DNA of 64,000 bases, taken from Oopsacas minuta. Its lineage: Eukaryota > Animalia > Porifera. The notes beneath the pieces are model-generated. The model searched no databases, was not told where the DNA came from, and worked only from the letters and a program-made list of their open reading frames with translations. This document shows positions 47,201 to 57,500 of the stretch, in pieces. Position 1 is the first letter of the stretch; each line of letters opens with the position of its first letter. The position numbers and the translations under genes are program-made. The stretch lies in contig JAKMXF010000144.1 of NCBI GenBank assembly GCA_024704765.1, forward strand, positions 372,001 through 436,000, given 5' to 3'.

Positions 47201-50200
47201 ATAGTGTGTAATTAGATATTGTAAGAATGGGCAGTCCTTAAGCAAGTCATAAAGGAAGTGATCCCAAGGTGTCAGTTATATGATACCGTAAATTAATATT
47301 CATACAATCACATAATGTTACATTACCATTGCAAATAACAAGTTCAAAATGACTCATCTCTGAACTATCAACCCTGCCTAGGCAATAAGGCTGTAACATG
47401 ATCCTGCTATAACCACCATCTTGTATACTTCTGAGTATAAATATAGAATTACCCTAGACTTGTTACTATTCTACAAAATCTACAATGCGGACGTACATTA
47501 TTTCTGCATTATTAATTGCAGTAGCTGCCATAGCAGTACATGCACTAACAGAAACTTGTAAAGAGGGTGAAGTATACAATCTATGTGGTAGCGCATGTCC
47601 CGAGACCTGTTTTGACACTTCAGAAGTGATATGTACCCAACAATGCGTTCCAGGGTGCTATTGTGAGGAAGGTAAAGTTAGGAACAAAAACGAACAATGT
47701 GTAGATAGAGTGAACTGTTTCGTTGATGAATTGCCACTTCGTTGTGATCCTCTAGAGGAGAAATGTTCCCTGGGTAAGGATCTGGTAGATGAGTTGATAA
47801 ACGGAATTGGACCAATACATATAGAGGACATCCCCAAATTACCAATCCCCGCAATACCGGAAATACCCGTAGGAGATCGTCCAACAAGGCCAGATCGACC
47901 CACGGGTGATCGTCCAGGCCGTCCCACTGGAGATCGTCCAGAACGTCCCACTGGAGATCGTCCAGACCGTCCCACTGGAGATCGTCCAGACCGTCCCACA
48001 GGGGATCGTCCAGATCGACCCACTGGAGATCGTCCACACCGTCCTACTGGAGATCGTCCAGACCGTCCCACAGGGGATCGTCCACACCGTCCTACTGGAG
48101 ATCGTCCAGACCGTCCCACAGGGGATCGTCCACACCGTCCCACTGGAGATCGTCCAGACCGGCCCACTGGAGATCGTCCAGAACGTCCCACTGGAGATCG
48201 TCCAGAACGTCCCACTGGAGATCGTCCAGACCGTCCCACAGGGGATCGTCCAGGCCGTCCCACTGGAGATCGTCCAGAACGTCCCACTGGAGATCGTCCA
48301 GACCGTCCCACTGGAGATCGTCCAGAACGTCCCACTGGAGATCGTCCAGACCGTCCCACAGGGGATCGTCCAGATCGACCCACTGGAGATCGTCCACACC
48401 GTCCTACTGGAGATCGTCCACACCGTCCCACAGGGGATCGTCCACACCGTCCTACTGGAGATCGTCCAGACCGTCCCACAGGGGATCGTCCACACCGTCC
48501 CACTGGAGATCGTCCAGACCGGCCCACTGGAGATCGTCCACACCGTCCTACTGGAGATCGTCCAGACCGTCCCATAGGGGATCGTCCCGTAAGGCCAGAT
48601 CGACCTGATGGAGATAGACCAACAAGACCGGCTAGACCTGATGGAGATCGTCCAACAAGACCAGCTCGACCTGATGGAGATAGACCAACAAGACCGGCTA
48701 GACCTGATGGAGACAGGTCAAGGTACCACGGAAGGAGCCACTCCTAACCAGCTGATTAGCTGAATTTCCAATAAAATAATTGTAAATACTCTCCTTTGTA
48801 GTTTGTGTGTATATCTCTAGAAACTTTCTGATATAATTAATACTTGTAAATAGGTCATAACTTCAAGCTATATATCTGTTATGTGAATAGTATTTAATAA
48901 ATCATATTCTTATCTTATTGAAAAGTTAAAACAAATTGTAAATCTTGTTAAACTGGTCATCTTTTGAAGTCAATGACTGACAAATATCTAAAGATCGAAA
49001 GTCACACACCTTAGACAAGGAGAGAGGGAGCTTGGGAGCTTAAACACCCACACCCACTGTTTTCTACTATTAATATAAACCATTATGGACAAAAATAGTA
49101 AACTCCCACTTGATATTATAAGCCTCCTCCTCCCACCCACTTTGAATAGTTGTCTACCTGGGTCATATATGTACAGTAACATACGTATGTCTATTTGTAG
49201 CCGAAACACAAAATTTTGTTTTACTAATACAGTATGTAATAAAAGTGAATCTTGAAAAATAGTCAATCAACACATCTGCGTCACCAGCATTTATGGCTAT
49301 AAATACAGTTAAAATCAGTGTTTGTTATTATCATAAAAATCTACAATGAAGACATTCATAATAACTACGCTAACAATCACGGTAATTGCCCTTACAGTAC
49401 AAGTGGTAATTGCCATTCCAGCTCCAACTTGTAAGGAGGGCGAAGAAATCAGGAATTCATGTAATGCAACTGAGAGAACTTGCACAAGACCGAATGAAGA
49501 GCCAGAGACTGTCCCAACAACCTCATCAGGCCTACAATGTTGCTGTAAGGGCGACCTAGTTAGAAATGACGATGGAAACTGTGTTCTACTTAATGAGTGT
49601 GATGCTGAGGATGTTGAAGATAGTGATAGTGATAGTGATAGTGATAATGATAGTGATAGTGATAGTGATAGTGATAGTGATAGTGATAGTGATAGTGATA
49701 GTGATAGTGATAGTGATAGTGATAGTGATAGTGATAGTGATAGTGATGATGAATGTGAAAGACCAAAAGGAAGAAGACGTCATAAACATAGACATCGTGG
49801 AAGAGGCAGGAAAGGTCGTCCATGCAAATATCCCAAAACAACTACCAGTACTACCGCAACTAATGCAACTACGGTAGCCACCGGTACTACCGAAATTACC
49901 GGAATTACCGGAAATACTACAACTACCAGTACTAACGCAACTGCGGTAACCACGGGTACTACCGCAATTCCCGGAACTACAGAACCAGAGGATGTAGGTG
50001 ACTTTGGAGAATTACCAAGTAGCAGGGAAAATCCAGATGGAGGACAAGAAGGAGGGCGGAGACTACCACGACCAAGAAGAACCAGTGATCACATCTTCAG
50101 AAACAAGAGGTCGCTCAGAAGTATCATGCCCTAAAACTTTCTAATCAGCTGATCTTACAATTAGTTTTTAGTTATCTATACTTAAGGTGCTATATGTTTG

Positions 50201-51381
50201 TATAAAGTGATACTTATTTGTATTGTGTATAGGATTTGTAGAAATAAACAGATATGCTTCTTATACTTTGCCATCTTAGTCTATTCGTTAAAAATAGTGA
50301 GTGAGAGGTAAACAGGAATAATTAGATATATTGTACTACTACGAATTTGTATGTTAGCAAGAGAAGTGGACACAATCGTAATATCTAATAACTGACCTCA
50401 ATAATAGTACTGTCTTCTTCTATTCTATGCGAGTACTCTAGCAGTATTGTAATCCCACTAGTATCAATCATACGGACACAGATATGAAGTGAGTGTGTTA
50501 GTCCAGTGAATAGCTTGATAACAGACATAATAGACTTATTATCCTCACGATTGAATGCTCCTAGCAACATCTCCACTAAACCCAGCTCACATAACAGCTC
50601 TATATGATGTGGTTTATGTACTTTTAACACGAATAACAACTTCACAACATCTGACCATAGCTTTCCCCTGTTCTCAATCTCTCCATCTGATAATATGTTT
50701 ATTAAACACTTCAGTGTGTCATTCGATAAAATCTGAATTAAAATAAATAAAACCGCCTACACTGTAATTACAGGTAACATCATAAATATCAAATGGAAAT
50801 ATGCTATAGTTATATTGAATTTCAAGATGGTATATTTTGACTACAATACAATCAGAGTTCGAGAGTACAGTGGTTATCGCATACATCCTTGGGAGTAACA
50901 AAATATAAATCATACACAAGAGTATATGATAACCGTTTTCCCCAGGGATGTTACGATATGTGATATGTTCTTAGAAGCGATAATATACGTAAATGTGATC
51001 TCAGGGCACTTTAGGTATTTCGAAATAACTTACAGATGATTGCACTAAGTTAGATTGTATACAGCAGTTCCCCAAAATACCAACAATAAGTGAGATCAGC
51101 TGAGAATGCTCCATGTGAGATTGTATGACGTAATCTCTTGTGTAGTATATTAGAATTGTTACAAGCAACTTCAAGCCCTGTAGATCTCTGAAAGAACGTA
51201 CATTAGGTTTTGAATTGACATGCTTCATCAGTACACGAAGCTGGACCAGAATATTTGGAATATTCTTATCTTCAAAACAAACATTCAATTTGTTAATCTC
51301 TTCAGTAAAGTTTAAAGTAATCTCAGAAACTTTCTTGGTGTTTTTTTCAGAGGCAGATTCACTTTTCGTGCACGTTGTCAT
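41253..51381 (-). CDS. ARMC5: Armadillo repeat-containing protein 5 (ARM + C-terminal BTB), multi-exon with a 6.27-kb intron
   Basis: Exon 1 51381-51034 (L..LR.......V.SFR...GL..LV.IL...ILGNCC), exon 2 50732-50397, and GAG|GTCAGT at 50396 joining ttgtcttcag|GTG at 44127 (phase 0). ARM exons run 44.1-42.6 kb and the BTB-like terminal exon reads [14 protein letters not shown]. Confidence 0.85.
43554..43620. mobile_element. MITE family 3 short copy (ARMC5 intron)
   Basis: GGTTATAAGA...GAGTAGCAATA...TTATAACCAG matches the reverse complement of about 8120-8166 and starts TA|CAGTG. Confidence 0.55.
44572..45495 (+). CDS. Secreted/anchored protein with 3 TIL (trypsin-inhibitor-like Cys-rich) domains and a hydrophobic C-terminus (TIL-A); exons 44572-44894, 45138-45495
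   Basis: Signal peptide, three C..C.S.C..TC...C...C..GCFC...C..C units, phase-2 intron, and tail [28 protein letters not shown]. Confidence 0.9.
45054..45122. mobile_element. MITE family 2 copy, 69 bp (in the TIL-A intron)
   Basis: CGGTCAACTCCCATTATATCGAAG ... CTTCGATATAACAGGAGTAGATTG|TA: imperfect 24-bp TIRs around a 21-nt core. Confidence 0.7.
46035..47109 (+). CDS. Secreted protein with 3 TIL domains and a His/Asp/Gly-rich repeat tail (TIL-B); exons 46035-46570, 46629-47109
   Basis: Signal peptide; AC|GTAAGT...TTGTAG|G completes the third TIL domain ([14 protein letters not shown]); tail ([19 protein letters not shown])n. Confidence 0.9.
46756..47016 (+). repeat. 57-bp coding tandem repeat, 4 full copies and 1 partial
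   Basis: The unit encodes [19 protein letters not shown]; unit starts at 46756 and 46813 are 57 bp apart. Confidence 0.95.
47436..47443 (+). promoter_or_regulatory. TATA-like element of TIL-C
   Basis: TATAAATA about 41 nt before AAAATCTACA-ATG; the same element and spacing occur at TIL-D. Confidence 0.5.
47485..48747 (+). CDS. Secreted protein with 1 TIL domain and a long RPTGDRP[D/E/H/G] repeat tail (TIL-C), intronless
   Basis: Signal peptide, [19 protein letters not shown]...[12 protein letters not shown], about 29 octamers, then three [11 protein letters not shown] units. Confidence 0.9.
   Translation: MRTYIISALLIAVAAIAVHALTETCKEGEVYNLCGSACPETCFDTSEVICTQQCVPGCYCEEGKVRNKNEQCVDRVNCFVDELPLRCDPLEEKCSLGKDLVDELINGIGPIHIEDIPKLPIPAIPEIPVGDRPTRPDRPTGDRPGRPTGDRPERPTGDRPDRPTGDRPDRPTGDRPDRPTGDRPHRPTGDRPDRPTGDRPHRPTGDRPDRPTGDRPHRPTGDRPDRPTGDRPERPTGDRPERPTGDRPDRPTGDRPGRPTGDRPERPTGDRPDRPTGDRPERPTGDRPDRPTGDRPDRPTGDRPHRPTGDRPHRPTGDRPHRPTGDRPDRPTGDRPHRPTGDRPDRPTGDRPHRPTGDRPDRPIGDRPVRPDRPDGDRPTRPARPDGDRPTRPARPDGDRPTRPARPDGDRSRYHGRSHS
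47896..48714 (+). repeat. 24-bp coding tandem repeat (about 29 copies) followed by a 33-bp repeat (about 3 copies)
   Basis: Unit like CGTCCCACTGGAGATCGTCCAGAC; variation falls at synonymous sites and at one codon (D/E/H/G). Confidence 0.95.
49298..49305 (+). promoter_or_regulatory. TATA-like element of TIL-D
   Basis: TATAAATA about 40 nt before AAAATCTACA-ATG. Confidence 0.5.
49346..50134 (+). CDS. Secreted protein with a degenerate TIL domain, poly-(Asp-Ser), an Arg/His/Lys block and a Thr-rich region (TIL-D), intronless
   Basis: Signal peptide; TCKEGEE..SC...RTC...[21 protein letters not shown] (8 Cys); about 21 DS pairs; [24 protein letters not shown]; Thr-rich stalk; C-terminal RNKR. 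Confidence 0.88.
   Translation: MKTFIITTLTITVIALTVQVVIAIPAPTCKEGEEIRNSCNATERTCTRPNEEPETVPTTSSGLQCCCKGDLVRNDDGNCVLLNECDAEDVEDSDSDSDSDNDSDSDSDSDSDSDSDSDSDSDSDSDSDSDSDSDDECERPKGRRRHKHRHRGRGRKGRPCKYPKTTTSTTATNATTVATGTTEITGITGNTTTTSTNATAVTTGTTAIPGTTEPEDVGDFGELPSSRENPDGGQEGGRRLPRPRRTSDHIFRNKRSLRSIMP
49619..49744 (+). repeat. (GATAGT)n hexamer microsatellite encoding (Asp-Ser)n
   Basis: About 21 units with a single GATAAT interruption, in frame within TIL-D. Confidence 0.95.
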
Positions 51382-52091
51382 CTTTAATCAAATAACAGAC
51401 CTCTCTCAACATTAGTATATTAGATTAACACTTGCTCATATGACTATAACATCATGAATATATTGTGTAGACATTAGCTACATATAGGGGTAATACTTAA
51501 ATGTATTAATTCAGATAATATAAGTATTTAATAGCTCACATATTACTGAAAGATAATCTTTTGGTTTGAGAGAGTTCACATCTCAAAATACTACGCAAAT
51601 GGAAAAGGAATGATTGCTCTTCCTACTGAGTGGTGAAAACAACTACTAAACACTAAATCAATACTGAGAATTTGGTTACAAGTTCATTTGAATGCACGGT
51701 GTTGAATTTTTGTACATATTTTCGGGGTAACCAAATATGGCATAATAATATTGTACTCAAAATGACCTAGAGGGTATCGCCCCACAAAACCAAGTCGGCT
51801 CTTTGGAGAAAAGCTAGAAGCTCTAAACAAGTTGATTCTCTTTTAACAAGGCTGACATACATGGAATAAGTTTTACCAATTAACGATGAATATTCGGTTG
51901 CAAAAGTTCACTTTTAAACAGAACCATTGATTTATGTATTTGTGGAGTAAAGCAGACATAATTACAGTCTGTTTAGGATGGCTCAACAATTTCTGTATAG
52001 CAATACATTATCTAAGCATTATAATTGTATGATTATACTAATTAATGTATTAACAAACTACTTCAATAAGCTTACCTCAGGTAAAAGAGAA

Positions 52092-53222
52092 TTAAAATGT
52101 AGGTCTTCCAATGCTCCAGTAACCCATTCCAGAACAAGAAAGATATACTAATTGTCTGTGCATACCGCCAGTAGAGTCAGGCTTTGTCTCTACTTTAAAC
52201 ATAACTCCGAAGAAATCCTTCAAATGTCTCAAGAACTCAATCGTATAATCAGTGAGATATCCCATTATAACACGAGACACACCGTCAGATGCCATTGCCA
52301 TTAGTAACAATACCAGAGATTGATTGCGTGTATCTACACAACCTCCACGGAATATTTCTTCTAACAACAAATGACTACAATTCTTTCCTATGTCTTCTGG
52401 ACGATCCGGGTGTATGCCCTCTCCCACTGAGGTAAATGTGTTGGCAGCTAATAATGTACCACTTGTGGTCTCTGCCACAAGACACATGCCATAACCGGGA
52501 GATTTTCCGGATTCTTTTCCCTTCGCATGATCTGATACGATAAATACATCCGGTAAAAACCGGTTAAACACACCTCTACACTCATCTATCATACGATTAG
52601 CATTCGTAGGAGCTACACGCATAGTACACGCTATTCCACGTACCTTCTTAACTAATCCAGGGTCTAACCAGTGTAATGGCTTCAATTTCTGTATAACAGG
52701 GCACGTGAATAGTACCTCACCCCCTCCAAGAGGTTTTGCACCTCTGCTAATGATCTTAATATCCAATCCTGGACTGATGCCAGCTCTGTCCAATAGTTTA
52801 AGACTTGTATGTTTCAGATAATCGACAGACGGATCATCACAACAATTCGTAACTCCTTTAAATCGGGCCTTAATCGGTTCTTTACAGAAGGGAGCTACCA
52901 TTAATAATACTTCCAAATAATATCCAATCGATTTGTCAAGATTACAAACATGTTCGATAGGGCCCCCGATAAGAATCCCGGGTTTATAGACTATTCTGGT
53001 ACCAGTCTCATTTATCTCTATAGCTGCTCCACTCATAATCTTCTCTAATAGCCATATGACACCAGCTTCATACTCTCTAATCCCTGGCTCTTCCTCTCCA
53101 TAACGTATATCAGAGATAATTATCGGTAGAGTACTCAGTGTGGATAGTACTAGTCTCTGTCTGAAGAAGCTAGGTCCTGTGTATTCTAGCTTCTTGGAAT
53201 TAAGGCTAATCCCTGTTGTCAT
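52092..53222 (-). CDS. RCL1: RNA 3'-terminal phosphate cyclase-like protein
   Basis: FRQRLVLSTLS, PG...YE, RG..PLGGGEV, G.SPGYG..LVAETT, EEI.RGGCVD and G.GY; the ATG was taken at MTTG (53222). Confidence 0.97.
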   Translation of the reverse strand: MTTGISLNSKKLEYTGPSFFRQRLVLSTLSTLPIIISDIRYGEEEPGIREYEAGVIWLLEKIMSGAAIEINETGTRIVYKPGILIGGPIEHVCNLDKSIGYYLEVLLMVAPFCKEPIKARFKGVTNCCDDPSVDYLKHTSLKLLDRAGISPGLDIKIISRGAKPLGGGEVLFTCPVIQKLKPLHWLDPGLVKKVRGIACTMRVAPTNANRMIDECRGVFNRFLPDVFIVSDHAKGKESGKSPGYGMCLVAETTSGTLLAANTFTSVGEGIHPDRPEDIGKNCSHLLLEEIFRGGCVDTRNQSLVLLLMAMASDGVSRVIMGYLTDYTIEFLRHLKDFFGVMFKVETKPDSTGGMHRQLVYLSCSGMGYWSIGRPTF

Positions 53223-53289
53223 AATGCAAACTATTATTGATAATATCTCTTTATTGGATTTCATTTGGAGGCTTAACGACAAATATAGT

Positions 53290-53384
53290 GATACCTCCAT
53301 ACACGGGGAATATGAAAAAACAGGGAATCAGAGTAGCATTTTTCTGCTTCCCTAGCACCCCGCTACTTTATGGAGATTACACTG
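53290..53384. mobile_element. MITE family 1 degenerate copy
   Basis: The right end TGGAGATTACACTG|TA is identical to 30932-30947; the left end TAGTGATACCTCCA is only a weak match. Confidence 0.5.
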
Positions 53385-53480
53385 TATACCATTTAACAAA
53401 ATTAAAATGTGACTGAATGCTGTCAGTATGTATATAGAAATTAATTACAACATTCCTAATATACAAATTCTAAAATATCT

Positions 53481-54419
53481 TTAAAATCTTACTACATTCT
53501 TAGTGAATGCTTGTCTTGTCCATTGCTCTTCTATCCCTGTTAGAAATTCCTCTCTAACAACTTTACCTCTCAAACTGTTGAAATGAATACCACTGTCTTT
53601 CAGTTTAAGAATTTTAGCAGGGTTAGAAAAAGGAGAATCTTCATCTATCCGTAGGTATACCCCTTCTATAGGACCTGGGTAATATTGGGACTGTTGAGCT
53701 TTCAATAAATTCAAAATCTAAAAAAGCATAAATAATTTGCAAATATTTATCAAAGCAGTTCATATTTACATCTTTCTGATTAGCTAATGGCTGCTCCTGT
53801 ATAAGAGGAACACATGGTATAGTTGTTTGGTTTAAAACTTTATTTCTCTCTCTACGACTGTAAAACCTTCTCTCCTTTCTGTCGTACAGATCGAATGCAA
53901 TGAAATAAGATGGCAACTGATTGTAGTGTATGGAATGCTTCGCGTAGACCCATTCCCCAAATAGGATGTGTCTTTCTGGTTCTAGAAGATAAATAAACAA
54001 GAAATCAAGGGGTAGCAAAGGTTCAGTCCATACCTAAAATCTCGAAGAGCTCAGCTGAATGATCTTGTACCCATGAGTCTAATGGCGAGAACTGTTTGTG
54101 TGTAACACTAGTGACGTAATGAGACCTATTCTGACATAATAGTCTGTAATCTTTTGCAATTGATATACCAAGATTAGCTCCATCTATCTAATTACTTAAT
54201 TAATAAATACTAAGGTAGAATTAATAGTTGGTATGATACCTTCTCTTCAATACTGACTACTCTAGAGTCTGGAGTTTTAGGGTCTGTGTAGAAGAGATTC
54301 TCTTCTCCTTTATCCATTAGAAGATCATCTCTAGATACACCTTTACCGACTGCGAAGAGATGTTTCGTACGAGGGAACTTCGATATTGAATCTATCCCAG
54401 AAGGGCCTGCGCTAGCCAT
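53481..54419 (-). CDS. ATP-dependent RNA ligase of the Rnl2/nucleotidyltransferase superfamily, 4 exons
   Basis: Spliced product: KFPRT.HL, EEK|IDGANLGIS (motif I), QNRSHY, LFGEW.YAKHSI.Y (motif III), F.AFD.YD (IIIa), EGVYLR (IV) and RGKVVR.EF (V). Three GT-AG introns are phase-consistent. Confidence 0.85.
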
Positions 54420-54530
54420 TAGCAATAGATTGCTAGAAATACAGTATGTATGTATGTATTTGTATATGTTCCTTATATGGAAGTGTTATGTCCTGACATT
54501 TGATAAATGAATTATATTTAAATACAATAG

Positions 54531-57500
54531 CTAAGTATTCAATTTCTTAGGTCGAGGTTTTTGAGATTTTTGTTTTAACTTGCGGACTAATGCCAATAAT
54601 TCAATCTGATCTTTACTCATTGAATCGTCTCCAATATTCCTATGTTTTTTATTTGAAGTTCCTTGAGAGATCTGTATTTCTCTTCTTCTCTTCCTCTCGT
54701 TTATAATATCTTGGAGATTACGTCCCTGGTGAAATTGTGGATCTGAAGGATCAGGAGCATACATAGGAGATTCTAACAATCTCTCAAATCTTGTATCATT
54801 TAAATCTATCTTAAAATCATCTTGCTGTTTCTCTTTTCCCTTCTTAGCTAGCTTCCTTTTCTTCCTTTGAGATAAAGTATTATTCTTCCAGATTTCTTTC
54901 ATATTGAAATGTTTCTTATCATTACCCTCTCCCTCAGAATCTGAAACCATTAGTAACTCCAGTTCTCCTCTCTCCTTCTGTCCAGACTCTGTTATCGTAT
55001 CCTTTAGGGGTTTAGACTTTTTCTTCTTCTTTCCTGAAAAAATGGTCGATTTTAAATCAGGTAAATAGTTGGGATCATTTCCTTACCTCCTAATTCTGTA
55101 AATACACTCTCAATTTTAGTTTGATCTTCTTCATCTGAGTTGACATTCTTTTCCCTATTTATATTTCTCTTGATCTTTTTCTTTTCCTTTCGTTTCTGTA
55201 AATACTCTTCCCATTGCGTCAGTGTCTCGTCTTCTCCAGTTTTCTTACTGATAGCTTCTTCAAGTGGAGCTAGCTTACCAGGTTCCCATGTAATTTCTAA
55301 ATCTATGTCATCATCTTTCTTAGAACTCTCTTTACACTCAATAGTGTCTAGCTCTGTCAGAATAGATTTAAATTTAGCCAAAGTTTTATCCTCTGAAATA
55401 ACTCCGTTTTCTTCCCCACCAGAGCTCTCGTCTGATTCGCTCCCTGATGCTAAATATGCCTGTAAGGAATGTGACAGACATAACAAGGCTAAAACTCAAC
55501 AAACTTTGCGAAAATATTCCCATATAAAAATACCAACAAACTCTATTATATGAGAATTCTTACATTACCTTAAGCTATTGTATAAGAATTATGCTGAAAA
55601 TACCCGAGATTCTTCCAGACAATATGCCGTAACCTAAAGTAAGGAAAACACACGTTCTTGCTGAAGCGGGAACTGGGCTTTTGCCCGCCTATTTTTTTCT
55701 TGGGAAAAAGGCTGCCTCTTGGAATTCCTGCCTACTTTGTAGGAATTCTATTACGTGTGGTCTCCCGTTAATAGATAAAGTAATTGTTATCAAACCTGAA
55801 AATCCATTTCTCTAATATCAGTCTTAGAGAAATTCTGATTGAGTATTTTCTGTCTGTCAGGATCTGTCTCATCCCACGTCAGATGTACTTTAGTGTGTTG
55901 TAGGGCTGAGTTATAAAAGGAAGAGGGTTGATAATCAACAGGAAGTGAATCTGGAGTAGCTACAGAGGTCGCTTCTGTATCCGTGAACTCCATATCATCC
56001 GGGACAACTCGTAGGTCCAATCGTGTACCTGAGAGTTCATACTCTATACCATTACACTCTTCATATAGATAATCTGATGTAGCATTACTGTCTGTCTCTG
56101 TAATACAATAATAATAGTAATTGGAGCTCTCTAATACACCCATAAATATGCTCAATATCAAGTTTACCTTACTTTATTCCCAAACTAATTATAATTATCC
56201 TTTAGTTAGAAAATGGCAACAGCCCAATCGTTAGAATCCTGGGAGTTAGATGAAGGGAGATTCATCCAGCTACTGACTGCGTTAATCGGAGAGGTAGAGT
56301 TCCTACAGAACAATCCTCCTACTTACGTCCCGAAGGAAAGTCGAGCGGCTAGACACGCTATGGAAGTACTGAAGGAATATTCAACTGGAGATAATCCTGT
56401 CCTAAAAGTAAAGCTAGTGGAGTACAAGGAAAACAGAGGGAACCTGATCATAGAATATAACTCAGAATGTACACAAGGAGTAGTGAGTTTCGTAGGAAGT
56501 CATCTGGACGTAGTGCCAGCTAATCCTGACACCTGGGACAGGAACCCTTTCAAACTCAGTCAGGAAGGTGACAAACTGTATGCCAGGGGTACTACAGACT
56601 GTCTAGGACATGTAGCACTCATAACAGAATTATTCAGACAGTTAGCGGAGAAGAAACCGGTCTTGAGTGTCAGAGTAGTAGCCGTGTTTATTGCGTCAGA
56701 AGAGAACAGCTCTATTCCCTGTGTGGGAATAGATCAGCTGGTCAAAGAAGGCCTCCTGGAGAACCTAAAATCTGGACCAGTGTTCTGGGTAGACTCCTCA
56801 GATTCGCACCCCTGTATTGGATGTTGTAGTGCCCTTATGTGGAAGTTAAGAGCGGAAGGGAGACTATCTCACTCAGGTCTACCATGGAATGGTATCAATG
56901 CTCTGGAGCTAGCCACAGCTGCTTGTAAAGATCTCATAAAGCATTTCTACAACAAGTATCCTAAACACGAGTTAGAAGAAAAGTATCGCTTCCTAGGGCC
57001 TTCAACCATGAAGGAGACTCAGGTTAAGTGTATGGAGGGGAGTGTTAACCAGATACCAGCATCTTGTGAGCTTGCTGGAGACATACGTCTAGTACCTTTC
57101 TACGATCATCACAAATGCAAACAGGAAATCCTAGACAGAGCACAGTATCTGAATGAACACATAGAAGAGCTACAGAGTCACGAGCAGTCTAAGTTTATTA
57201 TAACACTAGGTAGCGGAGAAGTAGTGAGAGGGAAACTGAAATTAGAATTTGATACAGCTGATCTAGGGGGCATTGCTTGTAAACTGGATTCTCCGGGCTA
57301 CAAAGCTCTATACGATGCTACTAAGAAAGTGTTAGGCAGTGCTGAACCCTACTCAGTGGGGGGCAGTCTCCCTCTTGTTGGGACTATGCAAGCTGAAGGG
57401 TTTGACATACAAATAACTGGATATGGATTGACCAGTGTATACCATGCTGATAATGAATATGCTCAGTTAAGCGATATGAAGAATGGATTCAGAATACTGG

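Noticed and set aside
47658-48577. Alternative-frame and antisense ORFs over the TIL-C repeat ([21 protein letters not shown])
   Set aside because: These are shadows of the 24-bp repeat. Only the RPTGDRP frame links to a signal peptide and TIL domain and shows synonymous-biased variation.
46756-48714. Regular 57-bp and 24-bp repeats as a possible CRISPR-like array
   Set aside because: The units are contiguous with no unique spacers, their lengths are multiples of three, and they are in frame in signal-peptide genes in a eukaryotic context.
49566-49877. Poly-IV, poly-IT and poly-HY ORFs
   Set aside because: These are other frames of the (GATAGT)n tract inside TIL-D.
53223-53300. N-terminal extension of RCL1 (MEVSLYL...)
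   Set aside because: It is non-conserved, stop-free upstream sequence that begins in a degenerate MITE end; homology starts near MTTG.
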